From an uncultured Bacteroidota bacterium (GTDB lineage: Bacteria; Bacteroidota; Bacteroidia; Bacteroidales; UBA12481), in the NCBI GenBank assembly GCA_903919925.1, contig CAIXKO010000904.1:1625-65624 (forward strand): 64,000 bases of DNA. Direction: 5' to 3'. Below the pieces are notes generated by a model. The model ran no database searches. It saw nothing but the letters and a program-made list of their open reading frames with translations, and was not told where the DNA came from. Positions 56,430-64,000 of the stretch are shown here, piece after piece. Every line of letters starts with the position of its first letter. The stretch's first letter is position 1. A program made the position numbers and the translations under genes.

Positions 56430-56852
56430 TTATTCGGTTTTTTGCAATCTGAATTCGATAGATCTGGTGATCCTTTTCCTGAACAGGTAAACAATGAGGT
56501 AATAGGGAATTAATGAACCCATCCCAATCAGGGCCGACATGCCATCGCGCCCGGTAATTCCGTAACCGGCAAATATTACAGTAAGAAGAATGATGAGTGG
56601 CAAACCATAACCGTACCAAACAGCTTTAAACCCCTGGCTTTGATCAAGAACCACTTGAACATAATCGCCTTCCGTTAATCCGGGCAAGGTGGTTGGAACA
56701 TCAACAAACTTCTCTTCTGAATTGGAAATGGAACAAACTCCTTTGGCATGGCATGCAGAACAAGCTGATTGAGCAACAAATCGAACCCTGGCATTTGCCC
56801 CGCTAATCTTTTCTACAATTCCCTCATGAGCCACTGTTGCTCTGCTCTCCAT
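56430..56852 (-). CDS. rseC: RseC/MucC-family (SoxR-reducing system) membrane protein
   Basis: 140 aa from MESRATVAHEG at 56852. CSACHAKGVC, then two TM helices. This is the usual position ahead of rnfB. Confidence 0.8.
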   Translation of the reverse strand: MESRATVAHEGIVEKISGANARVRFVAQSACSACHAKGVCSISNSEEKFVDVPTTLPGLTEGDYVQVVLDQSQGFKAVWYGYGLPLIILLTVIFAGYGITGRDGMSALIGMGSLIPYYLIVYLFRKRITRSIEFRLQKTE

Positions 56853-56874
56853 CAACTTTGTGAATTTAAAAACA

Positions 56875-56882
56875 CAAAAGTA
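56875..56882 (-). promoter_or_regulatory. Candidate -7 promoter element (TAnnTTTG) for the rseC-rnf operon
   Basis: The minus strand reads TACTTTTG, 22 nt upstream of the ATG at 56852. Confidence 0.4.
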
Positions 56883-56935
56883 TCGAGCCAAAATCTTATA
56901 AATGTTGCCTTTTGTCAGGTTTTTTAAAATTAGTC

Positions 56936-56943
56936 TACTTTTG
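56936..56943 (+). promoter_or_regulatory. Candidate -7 promoter element (TAnnTTTG) for the M16 peptidase genes
   Basis: TACTTTTG, 18 nt upstream of the ATG at 56962. Confidence 0.4.
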
Positions 56944-56961
56944 AGGTCACTAAAAATAAAA

Positions 56962-58206
56962 ATGGAATACACTAAACATTGCCTGAGTAACGGACTCCGG
57001 ATTCTGGTTAACAGCGATTACAGTTCGCCGATGGTGGCCATCAACATTCTGTACGATATTGGTGCCCGCGATGAAGACCCCAACCTAACTGGATTCGCCC
57101 ACCTTTTTGAGCATCTGATGTTTGGAGGGTCAGTCAATATCCCCGATTACGATTCTCCGTTACAGTTGGCCGGTGGTGACAACAATGCATTTACCAATAA
57201 TGATTATACTGATTATCATCTGACCCTTCCTTTTCAGAATATCGAAACCGGTTTTTGGCTGGAATCGGATCGGATGAATGAACTTGCCTTCTCACAGGAA
57301 AGCCTGGATGTTCAGCGAAAGGTGGTGATTGAAGAGTATCGGCAAAGATATCTGGGCCAGCCGTATGGTGATTCATGGTTATATTTGAAACCACTTGCTT
57401 ATAAGGTACATCCATATTTATGGCCCACTATTGGCAAAGAAATCCGGCATATTGAAGAGGCCCGGCTGCAGGATGTCAAAAATTTCTTCTTCAGCCATTA
57501 TGCACCTAATAATGCAATCCTTACTCTTTCAGGTTCTATCAAACCCGATGAAGCTTTCAGAATGGCAGAAAACTGGTTTGGCCCGATTTCTCCACGCGAT
57601 ATTAAAGTGCGCAACATTACACCTGAACCCATTCAAACGGAGTACCGGCTCCTGGAGATTGAACGGCCGGTACCGAGTCCGGCGGTTTACCTGGCCTGGC
57701 ATACCGGAGATCGGTTTAGCCGGGAGTATTATGTAACCGATTTGCTTTCCGATATTTTTTCCAATGGGATGTCGGCCCGCCTGTTTCTTCGCTTAGTAAA
57801 GGATCAAAAGCTGTTCAGCGATATTGATGCCTACATTACCGGCGATCGCGATCCGGGCTTATTCGTGATCAGCGGGCGACTGGCAAACGGTATTACACCA
57901 GAGGCCGGAATCAGAGCCATTCAGGAGGAAATCAACCGTATTATCGATGGACCCATTGAGGAACGGGAACTGAATAAAGTCAAGAACAGGGCTGAATCAC
58001 AGTTTTTGTTCAGTAATATGAATGTTCAAAACCGGGCTATGAATATGGCCCATTTTGAATGGCTGGGAGATGCTGCCATGATGGACAGGGAATTAGATTT
58101 GCTGCGTTCAGTATCTATTGCCGAAATCAGGGAAACCGCACAAAAAGTGTTTCGCCAAACAAATTGTTCTTGCTTGATTTACCGCTTAAACGGGGAGAAA
58201 ATATGA
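56962..58206 (+). CDS. M16 (pitrilysin) family zinc peptidase, active subunit
   Basis: Start MEYTKHCLSNGL at 56962. HxxEH zinc motif (GFAHLFEHLMFGGS). Confidence 0.9.
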   Translation: MEYTKHCLSNGLRILVNSDYSSPMVAINILYDIGARDEDPNLTGFAHLFEHLMFGGSVNIPDYDSPLQLAGGDNNAFTNNDYTDYHLTLPFQNIETGFWLESDRMNELAFSQESLDVQRKVVIEEYRQRYLGQPYGDSWLYLKPLAYKVHPYLWPTIGKEIRHIEEARLQDVKNFFFSHYAPNNAILTLSGSIKPDEAFRMAENWFGPISPRDIKVRNITPEPIQTEYRLLEIERPVPSPAVYLAWHTGDRFSREYYVTDLLSDIFSNGMSARLFLRLVKDQKLFSDIDAYITGDRDPGLFVISGRLANGITPEAGIRAIQEEINRIIDGPIEERELNKVKNRAESQFLFSNMNVQNRAMNMAHFEWLGDAAMMDRELDLLRSVSIAEIRETAQKVFRQTNCSCLIYRLNGEKI

Positions 58207-59504
58207 TGGACAGAATAACCATGCCGGCAATAAAAACAGTAACCCACCTTAACCTTGCTCAACCTGAAAAAGTATTGCTATCCAATGGAATACCCGTGGT
58301 CATTCTGCCTGCAGGATCAGAGCCCGTGTGCCGTATTGATCTGGTTTTTGAGGCAGGAAGTCGTTACCAGGATAGTATTTTTCAGTCATCTCTAACCAAT
58401 CAGATGATTCCTGAAGGTACTGCCAACCTTACCGGTGGAATGATAGCTGAGGAGTTTGAGTTTTATGGAAGCTACTTTAATATTTCAGCCGATCGCGATG
58501 AGGCTGATATCACCATTCACAGTCTGGAAAAGCACCTCGAACCGGTATTAAGATTAATGAGCCAGGTGCTCATTCATCCTGCCTTTCCCGAGGATGAACT
58601 CAGCATTATCAAAGCCAACCGTATTGAATCAATGAAGGTGGATGACCAGCGGGTGGAGAGCCTGGCGCGCAAGCAATTCAACAAACTGATATTCGGTGAA
58701 AAACATCCGTACGGTGTGGTTGGAGAGATATCCGATATCGGTCCGGTAACCCCGGGTATCCTCCGGGAGTTTCATAACCGGTTTTATGACCAGGCGCACT
58801 GCCGGATCATGATCACCGGACCCCATCCCGATCAATATCTGCAACTGGTTGAGCGCTTTTTTGGAGAAAACTGGCCGGTAAACAAACCCGGGAATAATAT
58901 GGCCACACCAGTATTGCCGCCATTCGGAATCACAACGCAAAATCGTTGCACAATCTCCCGTCCTGATGCCGTTCAAACGGCAATCCGAATAGGTAAACCG
59001 CTGTTTAGCAGGTTGCATCCGGATTTTATGGGCCTTTCCATCGTCAATACCATTCTTGGTGGATACTTTGGTTCCCGGCTGATGACAAATATCCGAGAAG
59101 AAAAAGGTTTCACCTATGGAATAAATTCTCATCTGGTTTCACTCAAAGATTCCGGATACTTTGTTATAGGATCAACTGTTGGCGCTGAAGTATGGGAGGA
59201 AACCGTAGCCGAATGCAACAAAGAAATGAGCCGCTTATGTAACGATAAAGTTGGGGCGGATGAACTGGAATTAGTCAGAAATTATCTGACCGGTCAGGTA
59301 CAGCGTTCGGTTGATGGCCCATTTCAGATGGCCGATCAATTGAGAGGCTTGTGGATCCATCATTTCGATTTGAATTATCTGACCAGGTTCATGGTTTTAA
59401 TTAATACAATTACTCCGGACGATATCAGGAATCTGGCCATAAAATATCTGGATCACACAAATATGATTGTGGTTGCCACGGGACCCCTGAAAAGTTCAGA
59501 TTGA
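58203..59504 (+). CDS. M16 family peptidase-like protein lacking the HxxEH motif (probable non-catalytic partner)
   Basis: Start MMDRITMP at 58203 (ATGA overlap with the upstream stop). M16 fold features are present, but I found no HxxEH. Confidence 0.85.
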   Translation: MMDRITMPAIKTVTHLNLAQPEKVLLSNGIPVVILPAGSEPVCRIDLVFEAGSRYQDSIFQSSLTNQMIPEGTANLTGGMIAEEFEFYGSYFNISADRDEADITIHSLEKHLEPVLRLMSQVLIHPAFPEDELSIIKANRIESMKVDDQRVESLARKQFNKLIFGEKHPYGVVGEISDIGPVTPGILREFHNRFYDQAHCRIMITGPHPDQYLQLVERFFGENWPVNKPGNNMATPVLPPFGITTQNRCTISRPDAVQTAIRIGKPLFSRLHPDFMGLSIVNTILGGYFGSRLMTNIREEKGFTYGINSHLVSLKDSGYFVIGSTVGAEVWEETVAECNKEMSRLCNDKVGADELELVRNYLTGQVQRSVDGPFQMADQLRGLWIHHFDLNYLTRFMVLINTITPDDIRNLAIKYLDHTNMIVVATGPLKSSD

Positions 59505-59536
59505 TTTTGTAAATTCACGGTGGAATCGAAAGGAAC

Positions 59537-61756
59537 ATGTTTGAACTAACCGCAGAAGAGAAATCCAAAGTACAGGAAGCCTTTGACGACTTGATGAACG
59601 GTCTGCCAAAGAATATGATCAAAACCGACAGGGAGGTCATTAAAAAGGCGTATCTATTTGCCAGCAAAGCACATGGAACTGAAAAAAGAAAATCTGGCGA
59701 GCCTTACATTCTGCATCCGATTGCCGTTGCCAAGATTGTATCGGAAGAAATCGGACTAAGAACCAGGAGCATCGCCAGCGCACTTTTACATGATGTTGTG
59801 GAGGATACCGAATATACGCTCGAGGATATCGAAAAAGAATTTGGGCAGCAAATTCGTGATATTGTCGATGGATTAACCAAAATCACCGTAGTGATCGAAG
59901 GTGATTCTTCACTTCAGGCATCTACTTTCCGGAAATTGCTGCTTACCCTTGTGGATGATGTCAGGGTTATTCTGATCAAACTGGCTGACCGGTTGCATAA
60001 TATGAGAACGTTGCAGGCGCTGACCAGGAAAAAGCAAATCAAAATAGCCAGTGAAACGCTATATTTATTTGCCCCGCTTGCCCACAGGCTCGGTTTGTAT
60101 ACCATAAAAACGGAGCTGGAAGATCTTAGCCTGAAACATAAAAACCCGGATGTTTATATCGATCTGGCTAATAAAATCAGCCATTCTGAGAAAATTTCCA
60201 GCCACTTCATCAATAAATTCATTGAACCCATCTCGGCAAAGCTGGAAGAGGAAAAATTCAATGTCGAAATCTTTGGAAGGCCCAAATCGATTTATTCGGT
60301 ATGGCGCAAAATGCAGGAGAAAAACGTGCCTTTCGAACAGATTTATGATATTCTCGCCGTTCGAATTGTTTTTAAGCCTAAACCTCGGATACCAGAAATT
60401 ACTCAGTGCTGGCATATTTATTCCACCATCACTCAGCTTTACAAAGCCAAAACCGATCGCCTGCGTGATTGGGTAAGCCGCCCAAAAGCAAACGGTTATG
60501 AGGCGCTTCATGCAACTTTCATGGGTCCTCACGGCAAATGGATCGAGGTCCAGATCCGGTCGGAACGCATGAACGATATTGCTGAACATGGCTTTGCGGC
60601 CCATTGGAAGTATAAAACCGGGGATTCAAAAGAGGGCGAACTGGACCGGTGGCTCAAAGGGGTTTCCGATATGCTGAAAAACCAGGAAACCGGTGATATC
60701 GAGTTTTTGGAAGATTTTAAGCTTAACCTGTTTGATGCAGAGATGGTTACCTTTACTCCAAAGGGTAAAGAAATCATTCTGCCAAAAAATTCTTCTGCGC
60801 TCGACTTTGCTTATGAAATTCACACCGCCATCGGAAAAAAAGCAATCGGGGCCAAGGTTAACCACAAACTGGTTCCCCTTTCTACCCGCTTGAATACGGG
60901 GGATCAGGTTGAGATTCTGACGTCCGATATCCAAAGCCCTCAACTGGAGCAACTTGAATTTGTAAAAACTGCCAAGGCAAAATCAAGCATCAAGGATTCA
61001 TTTAAGGAGCAGCGCAGAAAAGAGATTTTTCACGGACAGAAAACCATTGAAGAGCAACTCAAACTGCTAAATTACAGGCCACAAGCCAGCGTATTCCGGA
61101 AACTTTTCGATGAATTTCAGGTAAACAGCAAGGACGATCTTTATCAGATTCTCGGCCGGGATCCTGTATCACTCGAGCAAATTAAAAAGATTCTCCGCAA
61201 ACGTTCAAAAAGCAAGACGGTTCGTTTCTGGGATCTGCAGTTTTTTACTTCCAAGAAAAACGATCAACCGACCATCAACACCGGGTCCAACAGCAGTTTG
61301 GTTATTCAGGGAAACCCGGAAGAAAACGAATTCAGGCTGGCAAAATGCTGTGAACCTATTCCCGGTGATGCGGTTATTGGTTATCGCAATGATGAATTAT
61401 CAGAAATTCTGATCCATAAAACCACCTGTCCGATAGCAAGTAAGCTCATGACGAGCCAGGGCGATCATATAGTTGCGGCAAAATGGACATCGCATAAGGT
61501 GATGGCATTTTTGGCCCGGATATACATGACGGGAATCGACCGGCTGGGTTTGGCCAATGATATCACCAATATCATCTCAAAAGAACTAAGTGTTAATATC
61601 CGATCCATGAACCTGGATTCTCACGATGGAATTTTTGAGGCACATTTCGATCTATATGTACATAATACAGAAGACATTAACAATCTGATTCTGAATCTCA
61701 GTAAGGTAAAGAGTGTTGATTCTGTTAAAAGAATTGAAAAAATAGAAGACACCTAA
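59537..61756 (+). CDS. spoT: Bifunctional (p)ppGpp synthetase/hydrolase (RelA/SpoT homolog)
   Basis: 739 aa. HD domain (HPIAVA...LLHDVVEDT), synthetase domain (RPKSIYSVWRKM, DILAVRIV, GYEALH), then TGS and C-terminal ACT-like regions. Confidence 0.95.
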   Translation: MFELTAEEKSKVQEAFDDLMNGLPKNMIKTDREVIKKAYLFASKAHGTEKRKSGEPYILHPIAVAKIVSEEIGLRTRSIASALLHDVVEDTEYTLEDIEKEFGQQIRDIVDGLTKITVVIEGDSSLQASTFRKLLLTLVDDVRVILIKLADRLHNMRTLQALTRKKQIKIASETLYLFAPLAHRLGLYTIKTELEDLSLKHKNPDVYIDLANKISHSEKISSHFINKFIEPISAKLEEEKFNVEIFGRPKSIYSVWRKMQEKNVPFEQIYDILAVRIVFKPKPRIPEITQCWHIYSTITQLYKAKTDRLRDWVSRPKANGYEALHATFMGPHGKWIEVQIRSERMNDIAEHGFAAHWKYKTGDSKEGELDRWLKGVSDMLKNQETGDIEFLEDFKLNLFDAEMVTFTPKGKEIILPKNSSALDFAYEIHTAIGKKAIGAKVNHKLVPLSTRLNTGDQVEILTSDIQSPQLEQLEFVKTAKAKSSIKDSFKEQRRKEIFHGQKTIEEQLKLLNYRPQASVFRKLFDEFQVNSKDDLYQILGRDPVSLEQIKKILRKRSKSKTVRFWDLQFFTSKKNDQPTINTGSNSSLVIQGNPEENEFRLAKCCEPIPGDAVIGYRNDELSEILIHKTTCPIASKLMTSQGDHIVAAKWTSHKVMAFLARIYMTGIDRLGLANDITNIISKELSVNIRSMNLDSHDGIFEAHFDLYVHNTEDINNLILNLSKVKSVDSVKRIEKIEDT

Positions 61757-61759
61757 AGG

Positions 61760-62212
61760 ATGAACTGTTCAACTATTCAAACCACAGTGAAAGAAATCTT
61801 TTCGGAATATATCGAACGAAAAGGTCAACGAAAAACACCGGAAAGATTTGCTATTCTGGATGAAGTTTATGCACGGGATGGACATTTTGATGTGGAGGAA
61901 CTTTATATCCACATGAAAAACAATAATTACCGGGTTAGCCGCGCCACACTCTATAACACGATGGAATTATTACTTGATTGCGGGCTGGTTGTCAAGCACC
62001 AATTTGGCAAGAATATTGCCCAGTTTGAGAAGGCGCATGAATGTAAACAACATGATCATGTGATTTGCACAACCTGCGGCAGGGTAGATGAATATTGCGA
62101 TCCAAGGATTCACGAGATTGAAAAAACCGTGTCCACCATTATGAAGTACAACATTAGCCATCACTCCCTCTATTTTTACGGTACCTGCAAAGCGTGTCAA
62201 AAATCGAAGTAG
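61760..62212 (+). CDS. fur: Fur-family transcriptional regulator
   Basis: 150 aa. Winged-helix N-terminus, HDHVICTTCGRV and CKAC zinc motifs. Starts 3 nt after the spoT stop. Confidence 0.88.
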   Translation: MNCSTIQTTVKEIFSEYIERKGQRKTPERFAILDEVYARDGHFDVEELYIHMKNNNYRVSRATLYNTMELLLDCGLVVKHQFGKNIAQFEKAHECKQHDHVICTTCGRVDEYCDPRIHEIEKTVSTIMKYNISHHSLYFYGTCKACQKSK

Positions 62213-62220
62213 AATATTCC

Positions 62221-62228
62221 TATTTTTG
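62221..62228 (+). promoter_or_regulatory. Candidate -7 promoter element (TAnnTTTG) for purA
   Basis: TATTTTTG, 44 nt upstream of the ATG at 62273. Confidence 0.35.
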
Positions 62229-62272
62229 CGGATCAGATTTTCACCTGTTTTTTTTATTTAATACATGTTATA

Positions 62273-63538
62273 ATGAAAGTTGATGTTCTTTTGGGTTTAC
62301 AATGGGGTGACGAGGGTAAAGGAAAACTGGTTGATGCGCTCACCAGGGATTATGATGTTATTGCCCGGTTTCAGGGCGGGCCAAACGCCGGCCACACCCT
62401 CGAATTCAACAATCAGAAACATGTTTTGCATACGATACCGAGTGGAATTTTCCACTCCGACAAGTTAAATCTCATCGGTAACGGGTTAGTGATTGATCCG
62501 GTAGTTTTCAAGAAGGAGGTTGATCGTCTGGCCGGTTTCGGGATGGATATCCGGCATAATTTGTTTATCTCCAAAAAATCGCACCTAATACTTCCCACTC
62601 ACCGTTTGCTGGATGCTGCATCGGAAACAAGCAAGGGGATCGGGAAAATTGGCTCCACTTTAAAAGGTATCGGGCCCACTTATACTGATAAAACCGGACG
62701 TGAAGGCCTTCGGATCGGAGATATTCTGGAGAGCTCGTTTGTGGCAAAATATCAATACCTGAGGGATCTGCATCTCAGCAAGATCAGACAATTCAATTAC
62801 CCATTTGATCTCCAACCACTTGAAGATGAATGGATGGAATCAATTGAATTCCTTCGGTCGTTCCGGTTTGTGAATGGTGAATATCTGGTTAATGAATGGC
62901 TGGAATCAGGAAAACGCATTCTGGCTGAAGGAGCGCAGGGAAGTATGCTCGATATTGATTTCGGCAGTTATCCATTTGTAACCTCATCCAATACCACTTG
63001 CGCAGGAGCCTGCACCGGTCTCGGCATTGCTCCCGGGCGTGTTGGTGATGTAATTGGAATATTCAAAGCTTATTGCACCCGTGTTGGCAGCGGCCCATTC
63101 CCTACCGAATTATTGGAGGAAACGGGTGAGTTGCTTCGTACTACCGGGCGTGAATACGGATCAACCACCGGCCGGCCGCGCAGATGCGGATGGCTCGATA
63201 TGGTGGCCCTTAAATACACAGTTATGCTTAACGGGGTTACCAGCCTGATCATGACCAAAGCAGATGTTCTTAGTGGATTTGATACCCTGAGGGTGGCCAC
63301 AGCCTACAAAATCAATGGAATTATCACCACGGAAATACCTTTCGATACGGAGTCGCCCGTAGAACCTATTTACACTGAACTTCCAGGCTGGAAAGAGGAT
63401 ATCAGCAAAATTCGCGATAAAGAAACCCTTCCGGAGAATCTGAAAGGCTATATCCGCTTCATCGAAAATCATCTTGGTGTACCGGTTACCATGGTATCGG
63501 TGGGACCCGATCGTGAGGCAACGGTAAATATGGGCTAA
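62273..63538 (+). CDS. purA: Adenylosuccinate synthase
   Basis: 421 aa. GLQWGDEGKGK, GPNAGHT, GIGPTY and TTGRPRRCGW. Confidence 0.97.
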   Translation: MKVDVLLGLQWGDEGKGKLVDALTRDYDVIARFQGGPNAGHTLEFNNQKHVLHTIPSGIFHSDKLNLIGNGLVIDPVVFKKEVDRLAGFGMDIRHNLFISKKSHLILPTHRLLDAASETSKGIGKIGSTLKGIGPTYTDKTGREGLRIGDILESSFVAKYQYLRDLHLSKIRQFNYPFDLQPLEDEWMESIEFLRSFRFVNGEYLVNEWLESGKRILAEGAQGSMLDIDFGSYPFVTSSNTTCAGACTGLGIAPGRVGDVIGIFKAYCTRVGSGPFPTELLEETGELLRTTGREYGSTTGRPRRCGWLDMVALKYTVMLNGVTSLIMTKADVLSGFDTLRVATAYKINGIITTEIPFDTESPVEPIYTELPGWKEDISKIRDKETLPENLKGYIRFIENHLGVPVTMVSVGPDREATVNMG

Positions 63539-63554
63539 CAGGGGCTAAAAAAAC

Positions 63555-63606
63555 AAACGCGGATTAACGGGATTTCAAATCATTGAAAACCAGTTAATCC
63601 GCGTTT
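63555..63606. terminator. Long hairpin between convergent purA and pepD (bidirectional terminator-like)
   Basis: AAACGCGGATTAAC (63555-63568) pairs with GTTAATCCGCGTTT (63593-63606). An inner TTTCAA/TTGAAA pair is present, with A-run and T-run flanks. Confidence 0.7.
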
Positions 63607-63613
63607 CATTTTA

Positions 63614-64000
63614 CTATTTCAATGGCGCTTCTTCTAGTATTTTAACTAAAAAGTCCCAGAATTTCTGAACGGTGGCAATGTTAACTTTCTCATCCGGAGA
63701 ATGAGGAAAACGGATAGTAGGTCCAATGGATAGCATATCCCAATTAGGGTAAACCCCGCCCAAAATACCACATTCCAAACCAGCATGTATAGCTTTGATC
63801 TCGGGGATTTTACCATACAAATTCTGATAAACCTCACGGGCCGCTTTCAAAATGGCTGAATCCATGTTTGGTTTCCATCCGGGATATTCCCCGTCGAATA
63901 AAATGTCAGCTCCGGCCAGTGTAAATACCGAAGCAAACATATTCTTCAGATCCTCCCGGGCAGAATCCACTGAGCTACGCAGCAAGCACCTGATGTTTAC
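63614..64000 (-). CDS. pepD: Xaa-His (aminoacyl-histidine) dipeptidase, C-terminal part; the gene continues past the window edge
   Basis: The frame is open to position 64000 (VNIRCLLRSSVDSA...). YPGWKPN, IHAGLECGILG and FPHSPDEKVNI match PepD C-termini. Confidence 0.85.
   Translation of the reverse strand, partial: VNIRCLLRSSVDSAREDLKNMFASVFTLAGADILFDGEYPGWKPNMDSAILKAAREVYQNLYGKIPEIKAIHAGLECGILGGVYPNWDMLSIGPTIRFPHSPDEKVNIATVQKFWDFLVKILEEAPLK

Noticed and set aside
56853-56972. Longer starts for rseC (track 56972), and likewise for rnfB (56494), rnfE (52691), the M16 genes (56902, 58059) and tsaD (45942)
   Set aside because: The extensions overlap neighbouring genes or divergent promoters and add non-homologous residues. 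Internal ATGs give canonical N-termini and ATGA-type coupling with the upstream stops.
58629-60604. 167-aa and 179-aa minus-strand ORFs inside the second M16 gene and spoT
   Set aside because: They are antisense to strongly supported genes and have no motifs or start signals.

Overview
This looks like a Bacteroidota chromosomal segment. Support: T9SS-type C-terminal sorting domains, a PKD+FISUMP lipoprotein, many lipoprotein signal peptides, and exact TAnnTTTG -7 promoter motifs. The organism is probably an anaerobe, given an rseC-rnfBCDGEA operon and an Hdr-like flavin/Fe-S operon. I support about 48 protein-coding genes. By eye I found no rRNA, tRNA or CRISPR array. Order of content: (1) A nine-gene locus bracketed by terminators (171-10730): thiolase, PhaB/FabG-like reductase, SSS permease, CoA-transferase, two divergent KAS III-like proteins, then a lipoprotein, an outer-membrane beta-barrel and a lipoprotein alpha/beta-hydrolase. 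(2) A helical hypothetical protein and a heme-c (DUF3365) sensor kinase split by a 1-nt frameshift. (3) A DEAD-box helicase with a DEFD motif, and the alpha-2-macroglobulin/PbpC pair. (4) A decayed PD-(D/E)XK transposase-like remnant. (5) An Hdr-like operon (HdrC, HdrB, short HdrA, small HdrC-like ferredoxin, and a fused membrane + HdrD-like protein) directly downstream of a LuxR-type two-component system. (6) Tandem ClC channels and glyA. (7) Two inverted paralogous BNR/T9SS secreted proteins flanking TonB-ExbBD, TamB, tsaD and a hypothetical gene. (8) Rnf, an M16 peptidase pair, Rel/SpoT, Fur, purA and the 3' end of pepD. The best candidates for undescribed biology are the membrane-anchored Hdr-like operon and the thiolase/CoA-transferase/KAS III-pair locus. 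All family assignments come from reading motifs in the translations; no database search was possible.
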